64,000 nucleotides of DNA from Ignavibacteriota bacterium (GCA_963776275.1 CAVZMI010000015.1:64001-128000); one strand, 5' to 3'. Shown: positions 51,379-63,200, numbered from the stretch's first letter. Numbers and translations: made by a program. The notes: generated by a model from the letters alone, not told the origin.

Positions 51379-51453
51379 AACGACTCCTTACTTTATTGAT
51401 ATTCATCAATTGTTTTTAATAAGATACGACATTTAAGGCCACTTTTTCAAGCG

Positions 51454-52689
51454 CTATTCATTGATCCGTTTGATGGTTACGATGGTTTTATCGTCGGCAA
51501 AGGGGGCCTGCGCCGAATAGACCTGAATATCCTCGAGAATTCTCTGGGTAATTTCTTTTGCAGAAAGATGTTTATACGCAAGTAATTTTTCGCTCAGGCG
51601 CTCTTCACCAAACATCTCTTTATTAGCATTCATTGCTTCCGTGATGCCGTCGGTATATAGGAGCATAATATCGTTCACATGAAGGTTGATATTCTCGGTC
51701 GAAAAACTCTGGTCGGGTGCAAGACCAAGAACCGGGCCGGTGTTTTCAAGCTGCGTGATCGTATCGGTCCGGGCTGAATAATGCAACGGACTATTATGGC
51801 CTGCGTTGCAGAAGAGGCAGAGACCTTTCTTGTTATCGAATAATTCGGCATAAAAAAGGGTCACAAACCGCTCATCAGGGAATGTGCGATGAATGAGGTT
51901 GTTGATTTTTTTGATTATGGTGTTAATCTTTGTTTCGAAACTTGCACCCATTTTCAATGCACCGGAAATATACAATGCCTGGATTGCCGCTGAGAGTCCT
52001 TTACTAGCGGCATCACCGACCACAACCCCGAGGCGATCGTTCGACGCGCCAATATCCAGATAATCGAAGAAGTCTCCACCGACGATACGTTCCGGAAGTG
52101 AGACGCCGAAAAGCTGATAAGGCCCGAAATCATGTTCATGTGCGGGCAGAATGCTGCGCTGGATTTCCCGGGCCTGATCGATGTCGCGCTCGAGCCACCG
52201 TTTCTGCTCGGCGATATTTCTGTTGCGCATTGCCGATGTCACGGCGCTGCTGATGATATTCATCGTATCTATCAGCTCCTGATTCAGTGAGGGGGAATTC
52301 AATGCAAGAATATATTGATAGAGGCGCTGTTCGCCTATTTTAATGCGCTCGCCGACTCCGGTTGCAGAATAACGCTGGATGCCCTTCCTGCGTAAATAGG
52401 CATTTGTTTCGTTTGCGAGGATGGATCGGTGTTTCCCGACCTCATAAAAAATCGGATTTTCGGATACACGAAGAGAATATCGATCCTCGATCTGCGCCAT
52501 ATCGCCGAGCTGTTTCAACAGAATATATGATTTTTTCGATGGACTCAGACTCCATAGCCGTCCGCCGGTAATATTTACTGTCTCATGTGTGATAATTTCC
52601 CTCAGAACATGCAAAAGGAGTTCTTCGTTCGTCTGGAAATTCTCGGGTGTAAGTCGTTCAATTGTACGGAAGAGTTTTCGTTGATTCAT
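51454..52689 (-). CDS. GAF-like + PP2C/SpoIIE phosphatase
   Basis: AREIQRSILP, VGGDFFD, DAASKG, NAGH, TDG, DDKT. Confidence 0.9.
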   Translation of the reverse strand: MNQRKLFRTIERLTPENFQTNEELLLHVLREIITHETVNITGGRLWSLSPSKKSYILLKQLGDMAQIEDRYSLRVSENPIFYEVGKHRSILANETNAYLRRKGIQRYSATGVGERIKIGEQRLYQYILALNSPSLNQELIDTMNIISSAVTSAMRNRNIAEQKRWLERDIDQAREIQRSILPAHEHDFGPYQLFGVSLPERIVGGDFFDYLDIGASNDRLGVVVGDAASKGLSAAIQALYISGALKMGASFETKINTIIKKINNLIHRTFPDERFVTLFYAELFDNKKGLCLFCNAGHNSPLHYSARTDTITQLENTGPVLGLAPDQSFSTENINLHVNDIMLLYTDGITEAMNANKEMFGEERLSEKLLAYKHLSAKEITQRILEDIQVYSAQAPFADDKTIVTIKRINE

Positions 52690-52866
52690 GAAGGAATAAT
52701 GATATGTGAAGAACAGACAATTCTTTTATAAGATATTAAAAAGTCTCATCGAATTCAAATCGTTTTTTGATTTGATCTGTTGAAATCCCATTTATAATTA
52801 TAACATAAGTAAATGCAGTTTCGTTGACGGTTTTATTATTAATAAATAGGGAGGAACTTAAAAGAA

Positions 52867-53085
52867 TTATTTTGATTCTTTTACAAGGCAGTGATCATTC
52901 TTGCGGTTAAATTTTTTTAGGAATTTACAATACACAGCCTGCTCGCGTCGGCATGCCCCCACTGCAGAAGCAGGAGAAAACGTTGCATAACGGCATAAAA
53001 AATCGCAGAACAATGGAAACGACGGACGTGATGGTGCCGATTGTAGGTTGGATTTTTTCTTCGTTTTGGTTCTGCTCTTTGCCAT
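52867..53085 (-). CDS. Small basic Cys-rich protein
   Basis: 72 aa; C-x3-C-x13-C-x7-C-x12-C; 16 nt downstream of the permease on the same strand. Confidence 0.6.
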   Translation of the reverse strand: MAKSRTKTKKKSNLQSAPSRPSFPLFCDFLCRYATFSPASAVGACRREQAVYCKFLKKFNRKNDHCLVKESK

Positions 53086-53101
53086 ACATATGGTTTAAGT
53101 A

Positions 53102-54094
53102 CTATTTTCGCAGCAGCCAGATAAAAAAAGGTGCGCCGAGAACTGCCGTAATTGCACCCACCGGTATTTCTGCCGGTGCCAGTATGGTGCGGGCAATCAA
53201 ATCTGCAAGGAGGAGAAATATCGCACCGGTTAGAAATGATGTCGGGAAAACAATCCGGTGATCGGGCCCAAAGAGGATACGACAGATGTGTGGAATGACC
53301 AGACCCACGAAGCCGATGACACCGCTGACAGAAACAACGATCCCGATCATCATGGATGCAAGAATATATGAGATCACTTTCAGTCTTGGAACATTCACGC
53401 CAAGTTGTGTTGCACTGTCTTCACCACTCGCAATCAAATTGAACTGGCGGCCGAACGACCAGAACACCATCGATCCGATAAGAACGACGGGAATAACAAT
53501 AAAGAGTGATGCCGTATTGGCATTGCTTAAATTTCCCAGAAGCCATAAATAACTGGTACGCAGCTCCTGGTTGTACAATGAAATAAGGAGAAGGATTATG
53601 GCATTGAAAAACGTGCCGATCATGACGCCGGCAAGTAATAGAATGTTAGTATCAAGTTGCCCCCGCCGGCGTCCGATGGTATACACAAGAACCATCACGC
53701 TTAACGAGCCAATAAATGAAGCACCCGGAACAAGCGTAGCCGTTCCGGCGACCAATGCAATCAGTGTCCCGACCGTCCCACCGCTTGATATGCCAAGGAT
53801 ATAAGGCTCTGCGAGCGGATTACGAAACAAAGCCTGAAACACACAACCTGTGACGGATAGAGCGGCACCGACCATCATTGCAAGTATTACACGAGGAAAC
53901 CGCAATTGCCAGAGGATCACAAGCTCGCTCGACGGGATGGCGTCGGTTTTTCCCAGAAGTGTGTCTGTAACATGCGAGAAAGGAATCGTCACACTTCCGA
54001 TAGCGAGTGAAACGACACCCGTAATGAAAAGGATCGCAGCAAGACTGCCGGTACTAATTGCCGTACGCCTGAATGTGAGAAAGGGAGGTTTCAT
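53102..54094 (-). CDS. FecCD/BtuC-type ABC transporter permease
   Basis: LRFPR, RNPLAEPYILG, GFVGLVIPH, EIPVG. Confidence 0.92.
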   Translation of the reverse strand: MKPPFLTFRRTAISTGSLAAILFITGVVSLAIGSVTIPFSHVTDTLLGKTDAIPSSELVILWQLRFPRVILAMMVGAALSVTGCVFQALFRNPLAEPYILGISSGGTVGTLIALVAGTATLVPGASFIGSLSVMVLVYTIGRRRGQLDTNILLLAGVMIGTFFNAIILLLISLYNQELRTSYLWLLGNLSNANTASLFIVIPVVLIGSMVFWSFGRQFNLIASGEDSATQLGVNVPRLKVISYILASMMIGIVVSVSGVIGFVGLVIPHICRILFGPDHRIVFPTSFLTGAIFLLLADLIARTILAPAEIPVGAITAVLGAPFFIWLLRK

Positions 54095-55086
54095 CTGTTT
54101 GCAATTTCAATAAATTGCCAGAGTGTTTCAATCAGGCTGTCGATACCCTCGTGTGAGACTGCAGAAATCTGATAAACAGGAATTTTTGTCTCAAATTTTA
54201 TTTTATCCAATTTCTTTCGTGCATTGTCATCGAGCGTATCGATCTTTGTCAGTGCAACGAGGCGCGGTTTATTTAGAAGCGAAGGATTATACGATTCTAA
54301 TTCGTTCATCAGGATTTCAAAATCGTTTTTCGGCTTCTTGCTGAAGCATTCGATTAGAAAAACGAGCACTTTAGTTCTTTCAATATGGCGCAAAAACTGC
54401 ATTCCCAGGCCTTTTCCCAGATGTGCACCCTCGATCAACCCGGGAATGTCAGCAACCGTGAAGCTTTTAAATTCCTTATATCGGACTATACCGAGGTTCG
54501 GGACAAGTGTCGTGAAGGGATAATCCGCGATTTTTGGTTTTGCTGCCGAGATACTGGCTATCAATGTAGATTTCCCGGCATTCGGGAAGCCGATAAGGCC
54601 GACATCTGCGAGAAGCTTCAATTCTAATTGGATTGTTATTTCTTCACCCGGTTCACCCGGTTGTGCAATGCGCGGTGTTTGATTGGTAGGAGTAGCAAAT
54701 TCTGCATTTCCTTTTCCACCCCGTCCGCCGCGAACGACAATAGCGGTATTCCCGTGCTGTAGCAAATCGGCAATGATTTCATCAGTAACAATATTGCGCA
54801 CGATTGTTCCGCACGGAACCTCGAGAACGATGTCATTTCCATTCTTTCCGGTTTTGTTCGCGCTCTGACCGGGGACACCATTACCCGCTTTGTATTGTCG
54901 GTTATATCTGAAATCGAGAAGTGTGTTGAGGTGCTTTGTTGCCCGCACGATGACGTCGCCCCCTTTGCCTCCGGTTCCTCCGTCAGTTAGTCCTTTCGGG
55001 ACGTATTTTTCACGGCGAAAGCTCACCATTCCTTTTCCACCGTGACCGGCGTGAACCGTGATTGTTGCAAGATCGATAAATTGCAT
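54091..55086 (-). CDS. obgE: GTPase ObgE/CgtA
   Basis: Gly-rich Obg fold, GFPNAGKS, YPFTT, DIPG, TKID. Confidence 0.95.
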   Translation of the reverse strand: MQFIDLATITVHAGHGGKGMVSFRREKYVPKGLTDGGTGGKGGDVIVRATKHLNTLLDFRYNRQYKAGNGVPGQSANKTGKNGNDIVLEVPCGTIVRNIVTDEIIADLLQHGNTAIVVRGGRGGKGNAEFATPTNQTPRIAQPGEPGEEITIQLELKLLADVGLIGFPNAGKSTLIASISAAKPKIADYPFTTLVPNLGIVRYKEFKSFTVADIPGLIEGAHLGKGLGMQFLRHIERTKVLVFLIECFSKKPKNDFEILMNELESYNPSLLNKPRLVALTKIDTLDDNARKKLDKIKFETKIPVYQISAVSHEGIDSLIETLWQFIEIANR

Positions 55087-55088
55087 CG

Positions 55089-56390
55089 TCAATTTGTCCT
55101 TGATTCGGGGTAGCGGGTATAGATGAGATCTGCAAATCGCATGGCATCTTTTGAATCGGGGTCGATATCATTCGTAATAAATATCTCGTCCAGAAATGCC
55201 GCGGCTTCTTTCCAGGTATGTATTTTATTCAGTTTAAGGATAGCAGCAGAGTATTCAACTTCGTTCCGCTTGAATATCTTTTTAATAATTCTCTTTTGTT
55301 CTGAAGGATCGATTGATTTTCTCAGATCGAGGAGTTTCGGCTCTTTTTTTTCAATCACCCCCTCCTCATCGAATGCTTTAACGGATTTTCGGCGTTGAGA
55401 CTCAGGGCCAGTAGGTGTCGGTTTTTGGATCTTTTTTTCTACGACGGGTTTTTTAATCTCCGACGGTGGTTGTGCCAGCGCTTCCGGTGTTATTGCTTCG
55501 GCAGGTGGTTCTTCGCTCATTTCAATCATTTCGGTTTCGTGTGAAGGCTGTTGTTCTTCTTCGGCGACACCTGAAGAGGGTTTTTCCATCTCAACCGAAG
55601 CGTCTTCATTTCCGCTTCGTATTTTTTCAATGATTGTTGCAAGTTGCCAGACGGAGATTTCCTTTACTCCATGAAGCATCTTCTCTTTTTCAAGCCGTGC
55701 GCGTATGGTATCCAGGCGCTTGTCATCGAAGAAAATGATAAGAGCATCGACAGTTACTTCATCTTTATGGTCGGTCTTTCCGAAATTGAGAAAGTCAAAG
55801 ATCGGCGTTGTCAGCCGGGCAAGCTCGATACTATTGTGAGTCTGAACAACACGATCGTCGATTTTCTGGATAAGAAGACGAAACTCGTCGACACGGATTG
55901 ACACAATACCTTTTTCGGTAAAGTATTGCTCCAGGATTTCATTAAAGTACAGGTATTCTGAACAGTATGTAAGCTTAAAAAGAATTTCATGAATGCTTTC
56001 CGTACTTTTTTGATTGAAAAGAAAATTAATCAATGTCCACTCGGGACGGAGCAAATAATTGAAGTAGAAATGGATTGACTTATCCAACGTTGCTAAGAAA
56101 TCGTCACGGTCAAAAACAAACCGACTCACAAGCAACATATCGATCTGTTGTTGCAGGCTTTGAATTTCTGGTAAATTATAGTTGAACCGTTTCGAGGCAG
56201 ATGAAGCCGTACGTTCTTCCTTAAGCCATTGCCGGACTTCGGATTTAAAGTATGTTTTGATTGTTGGCGGTATTGCGCTTCGCTGGACCTGCAAGAGTGA
56301 GATTGTTTCCGCATCAAGAATCGTCGCAGCGATGAGAGCCTGGTTGATTGCCGTCATCTCCTCTTCAAACATGGGGCGCTGTTCGTTCAT
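55089..56390 (-). CDS. Hypothetical protein (helical domains joined by a Pro/Glu linker)
   Basis: 433-aa ORF, ATGA overlap with the upstream TPR gene and abutting obgE. Confidence 0.8.
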   Translation of the reverse strand: MNEQRPMFEEEMTAINQALIAATILDAETISLLQVQRSAIPPTIKTYFKSEVRQWLKEERTASSASKRFNYNLPEIQSLQQQIDMLLVSRFVFDRDDFLATLDKSIHFYFNYLLRPEWTLINFLFNQKSTESIHEILFKLTYCSEYLYFNEILEQYFTEKGIVSIRVDEFRLLIQKIDDRVVQTHNSIELARLTTPIFDFLNFGKTDHKDEVTVDALIIFFDDKRLDTIRARLEKEKMLHGVKEISVWQLATIIEKIRSGNEDASVEMEKPSSGVAEEEQQPSHETEMIEMSEEPPAEAITPEALAQPPSEIKKPVVEKKIQKPTPTGPESQRRKSVKAFDEEGVIEKKEPKLLDLRKSIDPSEQKRIIKKIFKRNEVEYSAAILKLNKIHTWKEAAAFLDEIFITNDIDPDSKDAMRFADLIYTRYPESRTN

Positions 56391-59300
56391 TTTTTCCCCT
56401 CTTGTTGAACAAGGTTTTTCACGCGACGGATTTCTTTTTCGGCAGCGGCTTTGAATGTTGCATCGAGGCCGGGCCGATCGATGATTTGTTGGTACATACC
56501 GATTGCCTGTTTGTACTTACTCATTTTTTCATAGGATTGACCCGACATGTAAAATGCATTCGCGGTCCAATCGATTTTCGTTTTCTTCGTAACCAGGTAT
56601 GGAACTTTTAAAAACTCGAGAATTGCTTCCTGATATTGGGTTTGATAAAAATAGCACTCGCCGAGATAATAACGGATCTCGGCCTCAAGATCGCTGTCCG
56701 CTTCGTCGAGCAGATGTTGGAATTGAATAATAGCCTGATCATAGTAACCGAGTTTTTCGTAAAGAATACCTATATCCACACGTTTGTCGGTAATACTTTC
56801 GTCGTTGGGATATAGTGAAATAAATTTTCGTGTCAATTGCAATGCTGCATCGTACACACCGACCTCTTTATATGCTACAATGATGTTATTCAATGCAAGC
56901 GGAAGAATCTCGGCATCCGTACTACTATCGACGACAACACGGTAATAACCGATGGCTTTTTCATATTGTTCTTTTCGGAAAAAAATATTGCCGAGAGCAA
57001 GCCGGGTTCGTGAAAGGATCGGTGCCGTCGGATATCGCTCCATAACATCCTGTAGAATCTTCACGGCTTCATCGGTACGATTCTGTGTCTCGGTGATGCA
57101 TCCGTTCCAGTACAGAGCTGCAGGGGCCGATGCCGTCTCGTCATAATCGTCAAGGATTTCATCGAACGCCTTTTTTGCCTTCTGATATTCCTGTTTCCTA
57201 TAATAATGGGTACCACGCTCGAGGGTAAATTCAGCAATGAGTTCATATTCATTTTTATAGTTTTTCTTGAATTGTTCGGTTCTGCGCTCGGCGTCTGTAA
57301 TGGCATTGGATCGGAATTGGGCAATGATAATGCGTGATTCGCAATATTTTTTTTCTTCATCGGAAGTACTTTGTTGTTCAATTGTGGAATATTGAATAAT
57401 AGCATCGGCATAGTTACCGCTCTGAAATAAAAGATCGGCCATTTGACGGCGAGTTCCAGCGGCGGCATTCAATTCACTGGCACGTTTGAAGAAAGATGTG
57501 GCCAGCTCAATATTTCCTTCGCTTCGGGCATAATTACCCAGTGCAGTGAGGGCGTCAACGGCGGGTGCACCGGTGTTATCTAGCGTAAGATATTCCCGGT
57601 ATAATTCTTTTGCATGCATGGCATCATTGAGCTTTGCGTAGAGTGATCCAAGCGCGATGATGATATCAGGCCGTGGAGTCTCTGACGTGAACGCATTTTC
57701 TTTTTGTTTATTGAGGAGGGCGTTATACAAAGTAATTGCATCATTGTAGCGTGCAGCGCGGGCTGCAGCTTCCGCCTTGAGAAGTTCTGCCTGCTGTGCA
57801 TACAATGTATATGAAAACTGACTGAGAATCCGGTCACATAATGAAATCGCATCTGCTGTTTTTCCTTCATCGAGGGAATGTTGCGCCCTCCGGATCAACG
57901 CGTCTGCAGTGTGTCGATGGTTGGAGTACAATTCGGAGTATTGTGCATACAGGACTGCAGCAGAATCCTTTCTCCCGCTCAATTCTAGTGCATGGGCTGA
58001 CAGATAAAGAGCCTCCTGATCGGTTGTACCGAAGGGCTGCAGAAGATGCAAGGCACTGTCGTAATTCTGTGCTGTAATCGCCCGTTCAGCGATTTGAATA
58101 GCATAAAAAGCCCGCTTCTCTGGAGAAGAAAGTCTTGCGATGAGTTCGTCTACGCCGGTCAGTAAACCCTCGCGCATCAAACCGCGTTCAAGGGTTACTT
58201 CGGGGGCCAATGATGAAGATGGATATCGCTGCAGAAACTCGTCGTACGCCTTCAACGCATCGTCAGAGACGTGCTCATCGATGGCCGAGAGCAGGCGAAG
58301 CGATCGCGCGCGAGCCACAGAGGCCGTTTGCTGCTGTGTTGTGTCAGAGAGTCCCTGCGCGATTGCATTCGTGTATTGTGCGGCTGCCGAACGATAGTCT
58401 TTCAGATCATTGAAATATATTTCGGCAAGCTTGTATGAAAGATCGGCGCGCGATTGTTGTGCAATTATGTCGGCCATTATTCGTGCGAGTTTGTCAAGGC
58501 CGCCGTCGCGATTCTTAAGTACATACGTCTGTAGTGAATCGATGCGATGCTCGATTGTTTCCGTAAAATCGGTTGCCGGATATTGCTGCAGAATATCTTG
58601 ATATGCTGCAATGGCTTTCTCGGTAGTCGAGGTCGATTCGGTACAGCGTGCAATACCAAAGAATGCTTCGTCGGCATATTCGGAATTGCTATATATGACT
58701 GTAATATCGTGGTATAGTTCCAGTGCCAGAGGAGGATCGTTGAGATTCTTTTCTGCGATTTCGGCCGTAGTTAGCAGCATTCGCGGTGTACCACCATCAT
58801 CAGGGTAGGCAGAAATAAAGTGTCGTGCAAAAGTAATGGCTTCACGATAATGCTTTTGCATTGATGCGTTCTGTGTACAATGGACAAGGGCGAGCCGCGT
58901 TTCAGGCGATGCGGGGAAGCGTTGTACAATCTGTTTGAAATATCCCTGCGATTTCTGAAGATCGTTATTCTGTTCCGATGCTTTGCCGGCAGAGAACAAC
59001 ACTTGTGGAAGAAGCGGACTTACTGGAAATCTCCGGATAAAGGTGTCATATGAACTTAAGGCCGTTCGTATATCGTGCAGCTGGTATGCAGTGGTTCCGT
59101 ATTGAAGAAGTGCATTTTGCTGTAATGTCGTATCAACGTTTGTCGTATCATTAGCCGCTTTTTTCAGCAGGTCGTTTGCAGCCGTAAGATTTCCCTGTTG
59201 ACGGTACAATGTCCCGAGGGCCAGTGCAGCAGCCGGTGCAATTGAACTTTTCCCATACAATGACAATGCTTCGCGAAGATTTTTTTCCGCTTCTTCAATT

Positions 59301-59980
59301 TTTCCGATTGTGGCGTTGAGGTTTCCAAGTGAAACAAGAGCTTCGGCTTTAAGTCCCGGAATTGATCCATCAAGAACGCGGCGAAACTCTGCCCGCGCCT
59401 GCTCGGTATTACCTTCTTTTGCGAACAGCGAACCGAGACGAAGACGTGCTATTAGCACCGATTGATTTGTAGTGTATTCCTGAATAAGTGCGCGGAGGAC
59501 TTTCTTCGCATTTTCCATATCGGATGCGCGCTGGAAGAAATCACTCGCTCGGAGAAGCGCATCCGGCGCAAGTTTGCTTGTCGGATAAAAAACTTTCAGA
59601 CGTTCAAACGCTGAAGCCGCTTCCGCAGCGTTGCCAAGCGCCGCATAAGATTCGCCCACCTGCCACCATGCATCCGCAGCTTTCGGATGCTGGGGATAGC
59701 TGATGGCAAAATTCTGGAATTGTGTGCGTGCCTCTTCGTATCTTTTTAACTTCAGCAATGCGGCGCCAATATAATACCGTGCTTCGATTCCCTGTTCGGT
59801 GTTCGGATATGCTGTAACGAAATTTCTGAATTGATCCACCGCAAGGTCAAAGAGCTGATCATTAAAAAGGTTCAATGCAAGTTTAAAATCGGCATTTTCC
59901 TTGGTATCCTGAGCCGGTGAGAGCGAGGATAATGAACAGACAATGCAGCTAAAAAGGAGAAATTTGTGGATGCGAATCAT
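56387..59980 (-). CDS. Large exported TPR protein (BamD/CpoB-like repeats)
   Basis: Signal peptide; many F...YP.S..A.DA repeats over 1197 aa. Confidence 0.88.
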   Translation of the reverse strand: MIRIHKFLLFSCIVCSLSSLSPAQDTKENADFKLALNLFNDQLFDLAVDQFRNFVTAYPNTEQGIEARYYIGAALLKLKRYEEARTQFQNFAISYPQHPKAADAWWQVGESYAALGNAAEAASAFERLKVFYPTSKLAPDALLRASDFFQRASDMENAKKVLRALIQEYTTNQSVLIARLRLGSLFAKEGNTEQARAEFRRVLDGSIPGLKAEALVSLGNLNATIGKIEEAEKNLREALSLYGKSSIAPAAALALGTLYRQQGNLTAANDLLKKAANDTTNVDTTLQQNALLQYGTTAYQLHDIRTALSSYDTFIRRFPVSPLLPQVLFSAGKASEQNNDLQKSQGYFKQIVQRFPASPETRLALVHCTQNASMQKHYREAITFARHFISAYPDDGGTPRMLLTTAEIAEKNLNDPPLALELYHDITVIYSNSEYADEAFFGIARCTESTSTTEKAIAAYQDILQQYPATDFTETIEHRIDSLQTYVLKNRDGGLDKLARIMADIIAQQSRADLSYKLAEIYFNDLKDYRSAAAQYTNAIAQGLSDTTQQQTASVARARSLRLLSAIDEHVSDDALKAYDEFLQRYPSSSLAPEVTLERGLMREGLLTGVDELIARLSSPEKRAFYAIQIAERAITAQNYDSALHLLQPFGTTDQEALYLSAHALELSGRKDSAAVLYAQYSELYSNHRHTADALIRRAQHSLDEGKTADAISLCDRILSQFSYTLYAQQAELLKAEAAARAARYNDAITLYNALLNKQKENAFTSETPRPDIIIALGSLYAKLNDAMHAKELYREYLTLDNTGAPAVDALTALGNYARSEGNIELATSFFKRASELNAAAGTRRQMADLLFQSGNYADAIIQYSTIEQQSTSDEEKKYCESRIIIAQFRSNAITDAERRTEQFKKNYKNEYELIAEFTLERGTHYYRKQEYQKAKKAFDEILDDYDETASAPAALYWNGCITETQNRTDEAVKILQDVMERYPTAPILSRTRLALGNIFFRKEQYEKAIGYYRVVVDSSTDAEILPLALNNIIVAYKEVGVYDAALQLTRKFISLYPNDESITDKRVDIGILYEKLGYYDQAIIQFQHLLDEADSDLEAEIRYYLGECYFYQTQYQEAILEFLKVPYLVTKKTKIDWTANAFYMSGQSYEKMSKYKQAIGMYQQIIDRPGLDATFKAAAEKEIRRVKNLVQQEGKK

Positions 59981-60251
59981 GATCAGAGCACTGTGAAATT
60001 ATTTTGATAAATGTACTATTTAATGAACTGCCAATCAAGAGCAGTGGCTCTCACAATAAAATTAGGGTTGGTAGTACGGACTGCAACTCACGGACAGGCA
60101 GCTTGAATCTGGAGGCGGAAATCTGTATTTTTCCCAAAGAACGCTCCACTGCCGGGTTACTCACAAAATCGATTTGCCATCTTACACCTAGGCCTTTCAA
60201 GTGGGTTCCCTGAGGCATCTCGGAATATCAAAACTCCTCAAGGAGACGGCT

Positions 60252-63200
60252 ATGCGAAATATCATCCTTCTTTCCTTTTCTCTAATTCTCAGTGTCACAT
60301 CGATGGTCGTTCCCCAAACAAGCGGCAAAGTTGAATTAATCATAACAACACCTATGGGAGAAACTCAGACTATCGATCAAACACAGATGATCGTTGCTAC
60401 TTTCAATCAGCCAATGGTTCCGCTAAGAGAAGTTCCGGTTAATGAAGACAGCGGTTCACTTCTGATTCGACCGACTGTATCCGGTAAATACAGGTGGCAG
60501 GGAACAAGAACATTGAGTTTTATTCCTGCCGACCGCTTGCCATATTCAACGGAATACACTGTGAAGATTCCTGCCGGGACAAAATCAATCTCGGCTAAGG
60601 TCATGGATCGTGATTTTATCTGGAAATTCGAGACACCGAGGCCGAGAGTGATTTCCCATTCTCCTTCAAACCAACAAAAGAATGTTGAATTGGATCATGC
60701 AATTCTCATTCGGTTCAACCAGCCTGTCGACCCGCAAACCGTCAGCAAATGGATTTCAATTGAAGAACATATCGGTAATAACATCGCCTATATTCCATTC
60801 ACAGCGAGTCAGGCCGATGATAAGAAAGAAGTAATAGAGAATACTATCCTTTTAAAATCCACAAATGGATGGCAGAAGGAGGGCGTGTACGTCGTCCGGT
60901 GCAAAGCAGGTATCGTGGGAACAGAGGGCCTTCTTCCCATGACATCGGATTATTCATTCACATTTAAGACATTTAGGGAATTTAAATTTGAAGGTATTAG
61001 AAATGTAGATGGTTTTTATCCAACACAGGCACTTCGTTTACATTTTTCGAATCCGGTACCACGCAAAGAAGTACTCTCTCATTTCTTATGTATTCCACCG
61101 GTTCATATCGAACAGGAAGAGTCAGATGAATATTATCCGACTAACGAAATACATATTTCCCTTCAGCTAGAACCGGAAAAGAACTATATCGGTGTTCTCA
61201 CGCCGGGAATAAAAGATCGCTTCGGGAATATTCTCAAGGATACGGTGAAATTTTCGTTTCGCACCGGATCCTTTTTACCGTCGGTAAAAATGACGACGGT
61301 CCAGGGGTCCTTGAAGCATATGAAGCTCATCGATATCCAGTGACATTCACCAATGTCGATTCAGTCATGCTATCGCTTGGAAGGATTGATCCGGAAAAAA
61401 TTATTCCTGTGATGCGAAGGCTCGACTACTCGGCAGCGCAAGAACTTATCTGGCATGAAGCAATTCTTGATTGGGGCGATGCGCGAAGTGAAGATACATC
61501 GAATTTCACCATAACATCACTCTGGTATCCCTCGATTCCACGAAATAAACCGACGGAATGTGATATTAATCTTGATAAGGTGCTGGGGAAATCGAAGTTA
61601 GGCATCGTGCTTGTCCAGGTCGACAATCTCTTCCGTGATCCCAACAAACGCCGATATCTCAAAGCATTGATTCAGGTGACGAATCTGGGTGTAACCGCAA
61701 AATTTTCGCCCGAGAATAATCTTATATGGGTGACACAACTGAAAGATGCGGAACCTGTAGAAGGTGCAAAAGTCGAAATACGGAATGATAGTAATGTTGT
61801 CATCTGGAAAGGAGAGACAGATAGTCATGGATGTGCAAAGAGTCCGGGATGGGGGAAACTCGGATTCGAAGGCAAGAGAATTTCCGATGAAGAAGAGGAA
61901 TATTGGTACGATTCCGGCCAGCCCCGGCAGTGGGTTATCGTAAAATACAAAGGTGATGTTGCGGTAACAAATTCTGAATGGAACGAAGGGTTGCAGCCGT
62001 GGACGTTCGGAGTTCCTATCGAATGGCGCCCGCAATTTGAACCTATTGAAGGAGAGATCTTTTCCGATCGCGGATTATACAGGGCGGGTGAACAGGTCGA
62101 TATCAAAGGAATTCTCCGTGTCCGCCGTGACGATGAGCTGCGCATTCCCAAATTGATGCCGCTTCGTCTGACGATTCGTAATTCACGCAATGAAGAAATA
62201 TTTAAAACGACACCGGTGCTGTCAGAATTCGGATCATTTGCGACAAGTCTGATGTTAAAGCCCTCGGCTCCGCTCGGTTATTATTCGATGCGGTTAGAGG
62301 TTCAGATGAAATCGAAGGGTAAGGAACGATGGGTGTCGGTCGCTTCGGACGATTTCCGTGTGGAGGCATTCCGTCCCGCGGAATTTCAGGTTATTGCACA
62401 GACAGCAAAGAAATTCTGCATTATCGGTGATACAGTTTCCGGGATTTTCTCGGCGAAATATCTTTTTGGGGCTCCATTACAAAACGCACCGGTTACGTGG
62501 CGCGCATCGGTCTCTCCCTCCTACTGGCAGCCGGAAGGATTTGAAGATTATTTCTTTGGAACAACCGGATGGTTATCAAAATATCGAAGATCGCAATATC
62601 AAGTACTCTCGACAAAAGATACTGTACTCGATAAATTCGGTAATCTTGGTGTCAGTACCGATCTTAACGTTGGAGAAATTCGCGGGACGGCCATGTTAAC
62701 ATTTGAAGCCGAAGTCCAATCGCCATCGCGACAGGCAATTGCCGGCAGAGCATCGGTTGTTGTTCATGGGGGTGAATATTACATAGGAATAGCCCCCGCA
62801 TCGACATTTGTTAAAAGCGACACAATCTTTTCATATAAAATTATCACAGTAACCCCGGAAGGAAAACCGGTGTCAGGACAAACTCTTAACGGTAAGATAT
62901 TCAAAAGAATCTGGCGATCAGTGCGAAAAGCAGAGACGGGGGGACGATACTACTGGCAATCGGAAACTGAAGATATCCCCGTTGATAGTCTAATACTCGA
63001 GAGCGATGGGAAAGCCGTTGTGCAGACATATACACCGAAGGAGCCCGGTTTTTACTATATCCATTTTCAGGGGAAGGATCAACGGGGAAATACAATCACA
63101 AGTGAAGCCTATTTCTATGTCAGTGGTTCGTCATATGTTCCGTGGGAGCGCAGCAATGACGATCGGATTGAATTGATTACGAATAAGAAAAATTATAAGA

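Noticed and set aside
59981-60251. Cobalamin or c-di-GMP riboswitch upstream of the operon containing the BtuC-like permease
   Set aside because: Only isolated CCACTG/GGGAA/GGCAAA words, in the wrong order; no full consensus
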